NCBI GenBank assembly: GCA_038087875.1
Contig: CM075990.1
Location: 1,924,001 to 1,988,000 of the forward strand
DNA from: Malacoraja senta
Lineage: Eukaryota
Direction: 5' to 3'
Length of the DNA: 64,000 nt
A model generated the notes under the pieces. That model had not been told where the DNA came from and did no database searches. It was given only the letters and a program-made list of their open reading frames with translations. The position numbers were made by a program, and so were the translations under genes. Positions within the stretch are counted from its first letter, which is position 1. Each line of letters opens with the position of its first letter. This document shows positions 50,768 through 64,000 of this stretch, piece by piece.

Positions 50768-51670
50768 AAAAGGATGACAGGGCATCTTATAGAAACATAT
50801 AAATTTCTTAAGGGATTGGACAGGCTGGATGCATGAAAAATGTTCCCGATGTTGCGGGAGCCCAGATCCAGGGTCACAGTTTAAGAATAAGGGGTATGCC
50901 ATTTAAGACTGAGATGAGGGAAAACTTTTTGTGAATCTGTGGAATTCCCCGTCACAGAAGGCAGTGGAGGCCAATTCACTGGATGATTCAACAGTTAGAT
51001 ATAGCTCTTAGGGCTAATGCAATCAAGGGATATGGGGAGAAAGCAGGATGGGCTACTGATTTTGGATGATCAGCACTGATCATATTGAATGACAGTGCTG
51101 GCTCAAAGGCCAAATGGCCTACTCCTGCATCTATTTTCTATGTTTATAGATGCAGCGTTGAATAAGGCCCTTCGGCCCACAGAGTCAGCGCCGACCAGCG
51201 ATCACCCCCACATTAACGCTATCATACACACACTAGGGACAATTTGCACATACACCAAGCCAATTAACCTACATACCTGTACGTCTTTGAAGTGTGGGAG
51301 GAAACCGAAGATCTCGAGAAAACCTGTTAGGAGAACGTACAAACTCTGTACAGATAAGCACCAGTAGTGGGATTGAACCCGGATCTCCGGCACGGCAAGC
51401 GCTGTAAGGAGCAGATTTACCGTTGCGCCATAGTGCCACCGTGTTTCTATGTTTCCTAAACACACTAGGGACAATTTTGTTTTATACCAAGCCAATTACC
51501 TACAAACTTGTATGTCTTTGGAGTGTGGGAAGAAACCGGAGGTCTCGGAGAAACCCACGCAGGTCATGGGAGAATGTACAAACGCAGTGCAGGCAAGCAC
51601 CGCAGTCAGGATCAAACCCGGGTCTCTGGCTCTGTGAGGCAGCAACTACCGCTGCGCCAGTGTGCCACTC
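50768..51670. mobile_element. CR1 3' end (50768-51145, +) followed by two V-SINE copies (~51147-51443 and ~51460-51668, minus)
   Basis: CR1 3'UTR with tttctatg tail; reverse-complement SINE cores (gtgtgggaggaaaccg, gatcaaacccgggtc). Confidence 0.75.
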
Positions 51671-51784
51671 CTATTAACAACAAATTTCACAAAACTTTGC
51701 TCACCTGGCCTTGTCTTTTCCCTCCATCAGCCAGATGTCGGCTCTCCTCCTCAGCTGTAAACTTGGCTTGCAATTACCCAAATC

Positions 51785-54130
51785 CTAAGTGAGGTGAAAG
51801 ACAACAGAGAAATAATCATCAAACCAGCAGATAAGGGGAAGAACAGAGTTGTCATGGACAAACAACAATACTTATTCGAGACACACAGACTATGAAATAA
51901 AACAGAGCACTACACTAAGTTGACAAAGCCCATCTATAAGGAAACACTAATGGAAATTGAAGACATTTTAAAATGCCTCAAAAAATCATGGCACATTTAT
52001 ATGTTTAGTTTAGAGATAGACAATAGACAATAGGTGCAGGAGTAGGCCATTCGGCCCTTCAAGCCAGCACCGCCATTCAATACGTTCATGGCCACCCAGC
52101 TTTGTGTCATCTGCAAATTTGCTAGTGTTACTTTTAAACCCTTCATCTAATCATTAACCTATATTGTAAATAGCTGCGGTCCCAGCACTGAGCCTTGCGG
52201 CACCCCACTAGTCACTGCCTGCCATTCAGAAAGGGAACCGTTTATGCCGTCTTTGTTTCCTGTCTGCCAACCAATTTTCTATCCATGTCAGTACCCTACC
52301 CCCAATACCATGTGCTCTAATGTTGCCCACTATTCTCCTATGTGGGACCTTATCAAATGCTTCCTGAAAGTCCAGGTACACCACATCCACTGGCTCTCCC
52401 GTGTCCATTTTCAGAGTTACATCTTCAAAAAATTCCAGAAGATTAGTTAAGCATGATTTCCCCTTCGAAAATCCTGTTACTGCTATCTAAATGTGCCGCT
52501 ATTTCATCTTTTATAATTTGACTCCAGCATCTTCCCCACCACCGATGTCACGCTAACTGCTCTATAATTCAGTTTTCTCTCTCCCGCCTTTCTTAAAAAG
52601 TGGGATAACATTAGCTACCCTCCAATCCACAGGAACTGATCCTGAATCTATTGAACTTTGGAAAATGATCACCAATGTGCACATGATTTCTAGAGACACT
52701 TCCTTAAGTACCCTGGGATGCAGACCATCAGGCCCTGGAGATTTATCAGAGTCTATTCAACACCATTTCCTGCCTGATATGAATTTCCTTCTGTTCCTCC
52801 GTTACTCTAGATCCTCTGGCCACTAGTACATCAGGAGATTGTTTGTGTCTTCCTTAATGAAGATGGATCCAAAGTACCTATTCAACCCGTCTGACATTTC
52901 CTTATACTGTCCCTGACTTCCTTGTCAGCTATGGTCGCCCCTTACTCCCCTTGGAATCTTTCTTCCTCTTTCGAATTACTGATCCTGCACCTTCTGTATT
53001 AGTCCCAAAAATACCTGCCATTGTTGTTCCACTGTCATCCCTGCTAGGGTATCTTTCCGGTCAACTTTGCTAGCTCCTCCCTCACGACTCCCTAGTCCCC
53101 TTTGTTCAATTGTAATCTTGACACTTCCGATATTCCTTCTCCCTCTCAATTGTAGATTAAAACTTATCATATTATGGTCATTACCTCCTAATGGCTCCTT
53201 TACCTCGAGTTTCCTTATCAAATCGAGTCATTATACAGTGCGAAACAGGCCAGCGCCAACCTGCGATCCCCGCATACTAACACAATCCTACACACACAAG
53301 GGACAATTAACATTTATACAAAGCTAATTAGCATACAAACCTGTACGTCTTTAGAGTGTGGGAGGAAACCGGAACCTCCCGGAGTAAACGCACGCAGGTC
53401 ACAGGGAGAACGTACAAACTCCACATTGTCAGAAACAATTAGAGTACCTGAGAATACTTCACATATCACTGTACCTTAATTGGTACACGTGACAATAAAA
53501 GACTTTGAAACCTTTGAACCACGGACGTGAAAATTCTACATTCTTCCCAAAATATACAAACACCAGGACAGATGGGCAGAACCTGGGAAAATACGTCCAG
53601 GAAGGCCCATTGTGTCTGACTGTGGTGGTGAATTCTATCGGGTAGCAGAATACATCGACTCCTTTCTTAATCCACTGGCACAGCAGCACCTCCACTTCAG
53701 ACCACATCACACTTCCTGACTGTGCCACCTGATGCCGTACACTTACATGGACATCGAAGGCCCGTCCACAAACAGAACAGACAGGAACATACAACAGTTA
53801 AACATATCTCAGAGAAAAATGCTGACCCTGAAAGACTAGACGAGGCTTTGGTCGAGAAGTGGCCCAGGCGATCAATGTCTTTTCACAGAGAACTGAATGA
53901 CATTTGGGAATGTCACATTCAGAAACAGAGTCAGAGGAATTCATTTACATCTTTCACACACACCACCAAGGTTGAAACCACCACAAACAAACAAAACATT
54001 GACTTTCTGGACACCACTGGTTTTAACTTGGCATTAGAAAATGGTGGCCACAAACTAGCACCCAAAGTCTTTTTACAGACCAACAATGTTGCACACCACA
54101 GGCCACTGTCCAAAACACACTTTCAGTGAT
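51785..54130 (+). mobile_element. Second Penelope-type RT remnant, interrupted by CR1 (~52020-53225, minus) and a SINE (53258-53425)
   Basis: IIIKPADKG at ~51812; LPKIYK..GRPIVSDCGGEFYRVAEYIDSFLNPLAQ at ~53545-53685; IDFLDT at ~54000. Confidence 0.7.
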
Positions 54131-54475
54131 ATTTAAAGTCACGTAGAAACTAGGAACTGCAGTCTATGCAATTAAACATCAACGTAAACAGTGCCACACT
54201 TCATACTCTTCATCACACTTCATAACAGGCAAAAGCCTAAGAATTCACGGACAGGACGCCAGAGTAATATTCCAGGGGCAGATCAATACAGACCTGTCAG
54301 CAAACACATCCAGAAGCACCAGACCCAGTCTCTCATGATATTGGGCTTGGAAACTAAAATGGACAGGTCATCCCTTCAGAGGAAGAGAGGGAGAGGAAGC
54401 AGACTGAAGCATTGCGAACGTATGGGCAGGATCTCGAGGTGACCCTAAATTACAAATGCAGAACTTTGACAGGAT

Positions 54476-55155
54476 AATAATAATAATAATAATAACAATA
54501 CATTTTATTTATATAGCGCTTTTCAGGACTCAAAGTCGTTTTACATTGAGAGTCAAGAATAAACAAAACAAAATAGAGCAGTAAGACAGAGATGCAAAGG
54601 GGAGGGGAACATGGGACTAAGGGTATGCAGAGGCGAAGAGATGGGTCTTGAGGCGGGACTGGAAGATGGTGAGGGACTCAGAATTTCGGATCAGTTGTGG
54701 GAGGGAATTCCAGAGCCTGGAGCTGCCCTGGAGAAGGCTCTGCCTCCAAAAGTGCAGAGGTTTGATTTCGGAGTGGAGAGGAGACCAGCTGATGTGGATC
54801 TGAGGGACCGTGAGGGTTGGTAGGGGAAGAGGAGATCAGTGAGATAAGGGGGGGGCAAGTGGTTGAGGGCTTTGTAGGTGAGGACCAGGATTTTGTAGAT
54901 GATCCGGTGGGAAATGGAAGCCAGTGGAGTTCTTTGAGAACTGGTGTGATGTGGTGCCAGGGTTTGGTGTGGGTAATGAGTCGGGCGGCTGCATTCTGGA
55001 CCAGTTGGAGTCGGTTGATGTTGCTGGAATTGATGCCAAAGAGAAGAGAGTTACAGTAGTCCAGTCGGGAGAAGATGAAGACATGGATGAGTCTTTCAGC
55101 AGCGGCGGGTATGAGAGAGGATCTGATTTTGGCAATGTTGCGGAGGTCAAAAATG
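54476..55155 (-). mobile_element. L2 3' fragment present only in the left arm
   Basis: (TTA)n tail at 54474-54500 and L2 RT C-terminal motifs (SRLDY, QNAAAR); the right arm has the empty site gacaggat|gatctac. Confidence 0.85.
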
Positions 55156-58100
55156 ATCTACAATCTCCAGTGAAAACCTATTTTTTTGGCACTAGCCTAT
55201 AGTTACAACCAGGTGTGTAGGAAGGAACTGTAGATGCTGGTTTAAGACGAAGATAAACACAAAAAGTTGGAGTAATTCAGCGGGTCAGGCGGCATCTTTG
55301 GAGAAAAGGAATAGGTGAAGTTTCGGGTCGAAACCCTTCTTCAGACCAGATGCTGATTTGATCAACCCTCCCTCCCCCGACACACACAGCTCAAACATTG
55401 CCTTCCCGAGACAAACCCTGACATCCGAGGACAGACCTACCACCTCCCCAAGCTCCAACTCACTTCAGACCCCAGCCCCACATCCACAGCCTGCATCATT
55501 TCACTCCCAGCTGCTCACGACTCATTCTAACATCCCTGATGGACCTGTTACCTATGGGCTCCAGCACTCTCCTGATCCCATCCCATCTCCAGCCCCCGAG
55601 GGCTTCCACCAGCGACTCCGCCACCCTCGCCACTCACCCGCCCATCAACGGACCAGAGCCATCGCCTCACCTGAATTCCAGGCTCAGCCACCAGGCCCAC
55701 AGCTTATATGCTGCAGACTCAAACACACCAAATGGTCGGACTCTCCTGGGCCTACTGCTCCCCCGCCTCCACAGGCACCCTCAGTAATGATTCCACTGGT
55801 TCTTCCCCATCCCCTTCTAACCAGGTTATTCCAACCACCTCCCACCCATACACTAGACCTCACGCCCCCCTCTCTTCACTGAACCCTTACCATCCCCCAC
55901 AGCGCCTCGCCTCTACTCTGTACACTCCCCTGCCCTCCTCTGACCGAAACCCCATCCTTATCGTCTCTTCACCATCCTCCTGACATCCACCCTTCCGATA
56001 AAGAACGGTCTGCCCTCAACAGAGGTTAGTGGTTATGAGGGATTTCAATATGTAGGTACACTGGGAAAATCAAGCTGGTACTGAATACCAAGAGAAGGAA
56101 TGTATCCAATGCCCGCGACATGACTTCTTAGAGCAGCTCACAGTCGAGCCCACTAGGGAAAAGGCAATTCTGGATTTTGTGTTGTGCAATGAACCAGATT
56201 TGATTACGGAAACTTCCAGTAAAAAAAACCCGCGAACGGAAGCGCGAATGATTTTTCTTCATCAGCTAGCAGCCCGAGAAAATGCCTCTCCGACAATCAA
56301 TACAAACGTGCCCCCCCACCTCCAAAGCCTCCGGAATCGCCGCACAGGCATTGGCAGATCTGCAGCGCCGCTGATGGTAGGTTGTGTAACATCACTAGTT
56401 AATTGGCCTCTATAAATTGCCCGTGTGTGCAGGGAGTGGATGAGAAAGTGGGATAATACAGAACTAGTGTGAACGGGTGATAGATGGTCAACGTGGACAC
56501 GTTGGGCTGAAAGGGCTGTTTCTAATCTGTATCTCTAAACTAAAATAATGACCACAAACCAACAGACACCCACAACCTCTTGCGCACCACAAGCCACCGT
56601 CCAAAACATACATTCAGAGGGACACTAAAGACACAACTGATTCACTTCACCACATTTGCACCACAGGTCTTCAACCAGTCCATCACCATCTCTTCACTGC
56701 ACTTCAACAGAGGGTGACTCTGGAAGGAAGTGGAAACAAATTAAATCGGACAGGAAGAGAATAAAAAAACGTAACCATCATTAGTAGAAACAAGGAACTG
56801 CAGATGCTGGTTTATACCAAAGATAGACACAAAGTGCTGGAGTAACTCAGGTCAGGATCTCTGGAGAAATAGGATGGGTAACGTTTCAGGTCAGGATCAT
56901 TTGCGAACCATCATTAATTGATTGCAAATCAGGATGGAGTAAAGGAAAATAATTGCAGATTCTGAAAATCTGGCAAATCCAAAACTGTAAAATATCTATT
57001 TGCCTGAGATGCTATCCACACCATTGCATTCCACAACTTACACCCACGACCAGCCTTGGCTGTCTTACCCCACAGGTTATGTGTGCTGAGTCATAGAGTG
57101 ATAGTGTTTGGCCCAACCTACCCACACAGGCCAACATGTCCCAACTACACATCCCATCTGCCTGCATTTGGTCCATATCCCTCCAAACCTATCCTATCCA
57201 TGTTCCTGTCTAACTGTTTCTTGAATGTTGGGACAGTCCCGTCTCAGCTAACCCCTCTGGCAGCTTTTTCCGTACATGCACCACCTTTGTGTGAAAAAGC
57301 TACCCTCAGATTCCTATTTAATCATTTCCCATTCACCTTAAACCTATGGGATTAAGGAATTATCATCTTAATCTGGGCAAATTTCCAAACAGGTTGTTTA
57401 AAGAATTAGTGAACATCATACTCAGCTATTTTCCCCCATCTTTAGGAAATGGATTTCCACCTTCTCCACTTGTGGCACTCCTGAAACGGCTGTGAATAGC
57501 TGTGTCTAGTTCCAGTTTTTCATTCTTTGCTGGGAGAACATGCTGGAGGAACTCTGCTCGACAGACACTGCATCTTATCCGTATCCATCTGTTGCTCCCT
57601 CCCTGCCTCTGTCCTGCTTTCTCTGAGCTATCTGCTTATGGCGAGCAGTTCTGGTCACCGTGAGTGGAGGGGAACGGGAGAGTGGTGAGGGGGATAGGAA
57701 GAGGCAATTCTGGTCATTGTTTTGAGGATGGAGGGAGAGATTGCGTGGGTGCGGAGGAGAGAAGGGGAGGGTGTATGGGGAAGGGGGGGTGGGGGGAGAG
57801 CAGTTCTCGTCACCCCGTGACAGGAACCACACGGCTGGGTAGCAAGCAGAGTTCTGAAAGAGTGATGGGGGGGGGGCATAGTTCTTGGTCACCCTACTGA
57901 GTAGTAGAGGGGAGAGGAGGAGGGGATGAGGGATGAGAATGGGGAGAGCGATGGGGGTGTGAGGGGGGTTGTGAGGGCAGGAGTTTGTGGGGGGAGTCTG
58001 AGGGGGTGCAGTGTGAGGGGGGAGTTGAGGGTTGTGTGAGAGGGGGTGTAGTGTGAGGGGCGAGTATGAGGGGAGTGTGTGGGTGTGAGGAGGGGAGGGT

Positions 58101-58189
58101 ATGATGGGGTAGTGTGAGGGGGGGAGGGGACTTTGAGGAGGGGAGTATGAGGGGGGGAGAGTGATGGGAGGAGGAGTGGGAGGTGGGGC

Positions 58190-58630
58190 CAGTGCGGCAA
58201 GAGAGCGGGGTGAAGATTTTTCTATATCTGTTCTCGCCCTTCACCGGGCCCTCGGCGAGAACAACGTCCGTCGACGCCCGCTCCCGCGCCGCCCAAACAT
58301 CGCGAGAAGTGACGACGTGTCTCGTGGGAATGGCGCCGGTTAAAGTGTGAAGCCGGACTGGCCCCGTCACGTGCCGGGGAAGGAGCTCGGCGGTGGGGGG
58401 GAGGAGCCTGCACTCTCCGCATCTGGCTCGCTACATCTCACACACACTGTCTGCGAGGCTGCTGCTGCCTCAGCTGTAATGTTGCACCAGTGCCTCTTAG
58501 GCTCTGGACAAGTGTTTGGGCAGCAAAACCCGTCCCTCACGCTTGGTTCAGAGGGACGGAGTTGTGGCGCGGGAGCGGGTCGTCGACGGACGTTTCGTTT
58601 CCGCCGGAAGGCCCGGTAGCCGGGCTGATT
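58190..58630. promoter_or_regulatory. CpG island with promoter-type motifs (left copy)
   Basis: CpG-dense; catcgcgaga (near TCTCGCGAGA), gtgacg, gtcacgtg E-box and ccggaag ETS-like site. No downstream gene identified. Confidence 0.5.
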
Positions 58631-59192
58631 CAGAGAATCCCCACAACACACAGCTGTTAGGCAAAACTACCTTCATTATTTAAAGTTCAAATCCATCTCT
58701 CTGGGTATCTTTCACCTCTCCAATGTTCCTGCTCCCCCTCAAATGAAACAAATACCATTTTTGGAAAATAAAAAACGTAACCACGTGGCATTGAGTTTGA
58801 AATACTGCTGAAGAAATTTAACTAATCAGCTACAGTTGTGATCTTTGAACGAGTCACTCAGTGGCAGAAGCTGGTTGATGTAAAAGTCAAGAGAAACACA
58901 TTCTAATGAAGACCCTCTCGGTAGAATCTCCCAACTCAAAGTACATTGAGTTTGTATTGGCTTTAAACACAGAGACAACAATAAACAATGAACGAGATCC
59001 CACTACTGGCCACATCTTCCCATCTCCACCCCTTTCTGCTTTCTGCAGAGACCTTTCCCTCTGAAACTCCCTGGTCAACTAGTCCCTACCCACCCAAACC
59101 ACCCCCCCTCCACAGGTACTTTCCCCTGCAACTGCAGGAGATGCAACTCCTGCCCCCGTTACCTCCGCCCTCGACTCCATCCAAGGACCCAA

Positions 59193-59392
59193 NNNNNNNN
59201 NNNNNNNNNNNNNNNNNNNNNNNNNNNNNNNNNNNNNNNNNNNNNNNNNNNNNNNNNNNNNNNNNNNNNNNNNNNNNNNNNNNNNNNNNNNNNNNNNNNN
59301 NNNNNNNNNNNNNNNNNNNNNNNNNNNNNNNNNNNNNNNNNNNNNNNNNNNNNNNNNNNNNNNNNNNNNNNNNNNNNNNNNNNNNNNNNNNN
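59193..59392. other. Assembly gap (200 N)
   Basis: Run of N. Confidence 0.99.
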
Positions 59393-62300
59393 TGCCACGT
59401 GGTTACGTTTTTTATTTTCCAAAAATGGTATTTGTTTCATTTGAGGGGGAGCAGGAACATTGGAGAGGTGAAAGATACCCAGAGAGATGGATTTGAACTT
59501 TAAATAATGAAGGTAGTTTTGCCTAACAGCTGTGTGTTGTGGGGATTCTCTGAAACAGATGTCTACCGATTCAACCATTCAGCATTAAATTAGTTTCACA
59601 CAGGTTGTGACCACTTATAAATCAGAGCAGTGGTTAAGTATGAAGATTGGGGTAAAATGATTAAAGATTTTAAACTCCTGGGAAGTGGCAACTGACATTT
59701 GTCCAAAGCCCATCGGCCTCACGTTGCTACGGGGACTGTTTGAGAGCGGCTGCATTCAGTGCAACATCAAGCCCACACTCAGAGCGTATCTGTGTCTGCA
59801 CTTCCATCACTGGCTTGAACCTCACTCCTTAAACAGTGAGAGGAGCCACAACTCCGTCCCTCTGAACCAAGCGTGAGGGACGGGTTTTGCTGCCCAAACA
59901 CTTGTCCAGAGCCGAAGAGGCACTGGTGCAACATTACAGCTGAGGCAGCAGCAGCCTCGCAGACAGTGTGTGTGAGATGTAGCGAGCCAGATGCGGAGAG
60001 TGCAGGCTCCTCCCCCCCACCGCCGAGCTGCTTCCCCGGCACGTGACGGGGGCCAGTCCGGCTTCACACTTTAACCGGCGCCATTCCCACGAGACACGAC
60101 GTCACTTCTCGCGATGTTTGGGCGGCGCGGGAGCGGGTCGTCGACGGACGTTTCGTTTCCCCGCCGGAAGGGCCCGGTAGCCGGGCTGATCACAGTTACC
60201 CCCTGATACACCTTCACACTCCTCACACCTCACCCCCCCTCACACAATCCTCACACTCCCCCCCCTCACACTCCCCCTTCTCACACAATCCTCACATTCC
60301 CCCCTCCCCACAGCCCCCCTCACACAATGATTGTGACAATCCTCACACTCCCCCATCACCCCCCCATCGCTCTCCCCTTTCCCATCCCTCATCACCTCCT
60401 CTCCCCTCTACTACTCAGTAGGGTGACCAAGAACTATGCTCTCCCCCCCCTCACCACTCTTTCAGAACTCTGCTTGCTACCCAGCCGTGTGGTTCCTGTC
60501 ACGGGGTGACGAGAACAGCTCTCCTCCCCTCCTCACCACTCTTCCCCATCCCCCTTCCCCATACACCCTCCCCTTCTCTCCCCCGCACCCTCGCCAATCT
60601 CCCCCTCCCTCCATCCTCAATACGATGACCAGAATTGCCTCTTCCTCTCTCCCTCACCACTCTCCCCTTCCCCTCCACTCAGTGACCAGAACTGCTCGCC
60701 ATAAGCAGATAGCTCAGAGAAAGCAGGACAGGGAGGGAGCAACAGATGGATACGGATAAGATGCAGTGTCTGTCGAGCAGAGTTCCTCCAGCATGTTGTC
60801 CCAGCAAAGAATGAAAAACTGGAACTTGACACAGCTATTCACAGCCGTTTCAGGAGTGCCACAGGTGGAGAAGGTGGAAATCCATTTCCTAAAGATGGGG
60901 AAAATAGCTGAGTATGATGTTCACTAATTCTTTAAACAACCTTTTTCACACAAGGGTAACCTTTTCACACAAAGGGTGGTGAGTGCATGGAAAAAGCTGC
61001 CAGAGGGGTTAGCTGAGACAGGGACTGTCCCAACATTTAAGAAACCGTTACATGGATAGGACAGGTTTGGAGGGATATGGACCAAATGCAGGCAGATGTG
61101 ACGTGTAGCTGGGACATGTTGGCTGGTGTGGGCAAGTTGGGCCAAAGGGCCTTTTTCCACACTATCACTCTATGACTCAGCACACATAACCTGTGGGGTA
61201 GACAGCCATGTCGCGGGCATTGGATACATTCCTTCTCTTGGTATTCAGTACCAGCTTGATTTTCCCAGTGTACCTACATATTGAAATCCCTCATAACCAC
61301 TGTAACCTCTGTTGAGGGCAGACCGTTCTTTATCGGAAAGGTGGATGTCAGGGAGGATGGTGAAGACATGATAAGGATGGGGGTTTGGGTCAGAGGAGGG
61401 CAGGGGAGTGTACAGAGGTAGAGGCGAGGTGCTGTGGGGGATGGTGAAGGTTCAGTGAAGAGAGGGGGGCGTGAGGTCTAGTGTATGGGTGGGAGGTGGT
61501 TGGAGTAACCTGGTTAGAAGGGGATGGGAAGACCCAGTGGAATCATTACTGAGGTGCCCTGTGGGAGGGGGGGGGAGCAGTAGGACCCAGGAGAGTCTGA
61601 CCATTTGTTGTGTTTGAGTCTGCAGCATATAAGCTGTGGGCCTGGTGCTGAGCCTGGAATTCAGGTGAGGCGACAGCTCTGGTCCGTTGATGGGCGGTGG
61701 AGATGCGAGGGTTGGCGGAGTCGCTGGTGGAGGCCTGCGGGGAGGCTGGAGATGGGATGGGATCAGGAGAGTGCTGGAGCCCATAGGTAATAGGTCTATT
61801 AGGGATGTTAGAATGAGTCGTGAGTAGCTGTGAGTGAAATGATGGAGGCTGTGGATATGGGGCTGGGGTCTGAAGTGAGTTGGAGCTTGGGGAGGGGGTA
61901 GGTCTGTCCTCAGATGTCAGGGTTTGTCTCGGGAAGGCAATGTTTGAGCTGTGTCAGTGTGTGTCGGGGGAAGGAGAGTTGATGAAATCAGCACCTGGTC
62001 TGAAGAAGGGTCTCGACCCGAAACTTCACTTATTCTTTTTCTCTAAAGATGTTGCCTGACCCGCTGAGTTACTCCAACTTTTTGTGTTTATCTTCGTCTT
62101 AAACCAGCATCTGCAATTCCTTCCTACACACCTGGTTGTAACTGTAGGCTTGCGGCCCAAAAAATAGGTTTTCACTGGAGATTGTAGATCATCCTGTCAA
62201 AGTTCTGCATTGTAATTTAGGGTCACCTCGAGATCCTGCCCACCCATTCGCAGTGCTTCCGTCTGCTTCCTCTCCCTCTCTTCCTCTGAAGGGGTGACAT

Positions 62301-63408
62301 GTCCGTGTTAGTTTCCAAGCCCAAGATCACGAGAGACTGGGTCTGGTGCTGCTGGATGTGTTTGCTGACAGATCTGTATTGATTTTCCCCTGGAATGTTA
62401 CTCTGGCGCGCTGTCCGTGAATTCTTAGGCTACTGCCTGTTATGAAGTGTGATGAAGAGTATGAAGTGTGGCACTGTTTACATTGATGTTTAATTGCATA
62501 GACTGCAGTTCCTAGTTTCTACGTGACTTTAAATATCACTGAAAGTGTATTTTGGACAGTGGCCTGTGGTGCGCAACAATGTTGGTCTGTAAAAAGACTT
62601 TGGGAGCTAGTTTGTGGCCACCATTTTCTAATGCCAAGTTAAAACCAGTGGTGTCCAGAAAGTCAATGTTTTGTTTGTTTGTGGTGGTTTCAATCTTGGT
62701 GGTGTGTGTGAAAGATGTGAATTAATTCCTCTGACTCTGTTTCTGAATGTGACATTCCCAAATGTCATTTAGTTCTCTGTGAAAAGACATTGATCGCCTG
62801 GGCCACTTCTCGACCAAAGCCTCGTCTAGTCTTTCAGGGTCAGCATTTTTCTCTGAGATATGTTTAACTGTTGTATGTTCCTGTCTGTTCTGTTTGTGGA
62901 CGGGCCTTCGATGTCCATGTAAGGGTACAACATCAGGTGGCACAGTCAGGAAGTGTGACGTGGTCTGAAGTGGAGAAGCTGCTCTGCCAGTGGATTAAGA
63001 AAGGAGTCGATGTATTCTGCTTCCCGATAGGATTCACTTCCACAGTCGGACACAATGGGCCTTCCTGGACGTATTTCCCCATGTTCTGCCCACCTGTCCG
63101 GGTGTTTGTGTATTTTGGGAAGAATGTAGAATTTTCATGCCCGTGGTTCAAAGGTTTCAAAGGTCTTTTATTGTCACGTGTACCAATTAAGGTACAGGGA
63201 TATGTGAAGTATTCTCGGGTATTCTAATTGTTTCTGACAATGTGGAGTTTGTACGTTCTCCCTGCGACCTGCGTGGGTTTACTCCGGGAGGTTCCGGTTT
63301 CCTCCCACACTCTAAAGACGTACAGGTTTGTATGCTAATTGGCTTGGTATAAATGTTAATTGTCCCTTGTGTGTGTAGGATTGTGTTAGTATGCGGGGAT
63401 CGCAGGTT
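59393..63408 (-). repeat. Right arm of the large inverted duplication
   Basis: Begins at the contig edge with tgccacgtggttacg, the reverse complement of 58776-58790; includes the second CpG-island copy (~59850-60190). Confidence 0.92.
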
Positions 63409-64000
63409 ATAGAATTTTTCGAGGATGTAACTAGTAGAGTGGATAAGGGAGAACCAGTGGATGTGTTATATCTGGACTTTCAGAAGGCTTTCGACAAGGT
63501 CCCACATAAGAGATTAGTATGCAAACTTAAAGCACATGGTATTGGGGGTTCAGTATTGATGTGGATAGAGAACTGGCTGGCAGACAGGAAGCAAAGAGTA
63601 GGAGTAAACGGGTCCTTTTCAGAATGGCAGGCAGTGACTAGTGGGGTACCGCAAGGCTCAGTGCTGGGACCCCAGCTATTTACAATATATATTAATGAAC
63701 TGGATGAGGGAATTGAATGCAACATCTCCAAGTTTGCGGATGACACAAAGCTGGGGGGCAGTATTAGTTGTGACGAGGATGCTAGGAGGCTGCAAGGTGA
63801 TTTGGATAGGTACGGTGAGTGGGCAAATGCATGGCAGATGCAGTATAATGTGGATAAATGTGAGGTTATCCATTTTGGAGGCAAAAACAGGAAAGTAGAC
63901 TATTATCTGAATGGTGGCCGATTAGGAAAAGGGGAGAAGCAACGAGACCTGGGTGTCATGGTGCACCAGTCATTGAAAGTAGGCATGCAGGTGCAGCAGG
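63409..64000 (+). mobile_element. Young CR1 RT region running off the window
   Basis: Nearly identical to the reverse complement of ~41335-41925 ([39 protein letters not shown]). Confidence 0.92.

Larger units (their letters stand above)
53258..58790 (+). repeat. Left arm of a large inverted duplication
   Basis: Reverse complement of 59393-63408; mirrored ORF pairs 53722+/62722-, 53459-/62871+, 57575-/60436+, 58347+/59779-. Confidence 0.92.

Noticed and set aside
55358..56030. Pro/Ser/Thr-rich ORFs
   Set aside because: C-rich decayed 5' part of a Penelope element; the frames are not conserved in the mirrored arm.
60680..60870. Possible exon downstream of the right CpG island (ctcag|...CAG|gtggag)
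   Set aside because: No frame is open throughout or recognisable, and the splice sites are not conserved in the left-arm copy.

Overview
Repeat-dense vertebrate genomic DNA, not prokaryotic. It is most likely a cartilaginous fish (skate/ray/shark), inferred from HE1-like V-SINEs, HER1-like CR1 LINEs and abundant Penelope elements. The only recognisable host gene is the 5' part of a SUN2-like gene (LINC complex) on the minus strand, with exons at about 21804-21990, 16086-16267 and 13620-13764, possibly 2466-2539, and a candidate CpG-island first exon at about 30.3-30.6 kb. Several lesions suggest a decaying duplicate or assembly errors. One intron holds an ~8.7 kb, extremely strand-biased T-rich array with 1237 and ~1256 bp higher-order units. 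The rest is nested transposons: CR1 (one ORF2 intact except for one stop), Penelope/GIY-YIG, L2, RTE, RTE-X, Rex1, Tx1, SINEs, hAT MITEs with TSDs, a near-intact Passport-like Tc1, Harbinger-type MITEs and a decayed spliced MADF gene with a palindromic double-TATA promoter. The window ends in a large inverted duplication (53258-58790 vs 59393-63408) around a 200-N gap. I found no clearly novel protein-coding system; the candidates worth a second look are under findings. Family assignments come from motif recognition and recalled sequences, not database searches.
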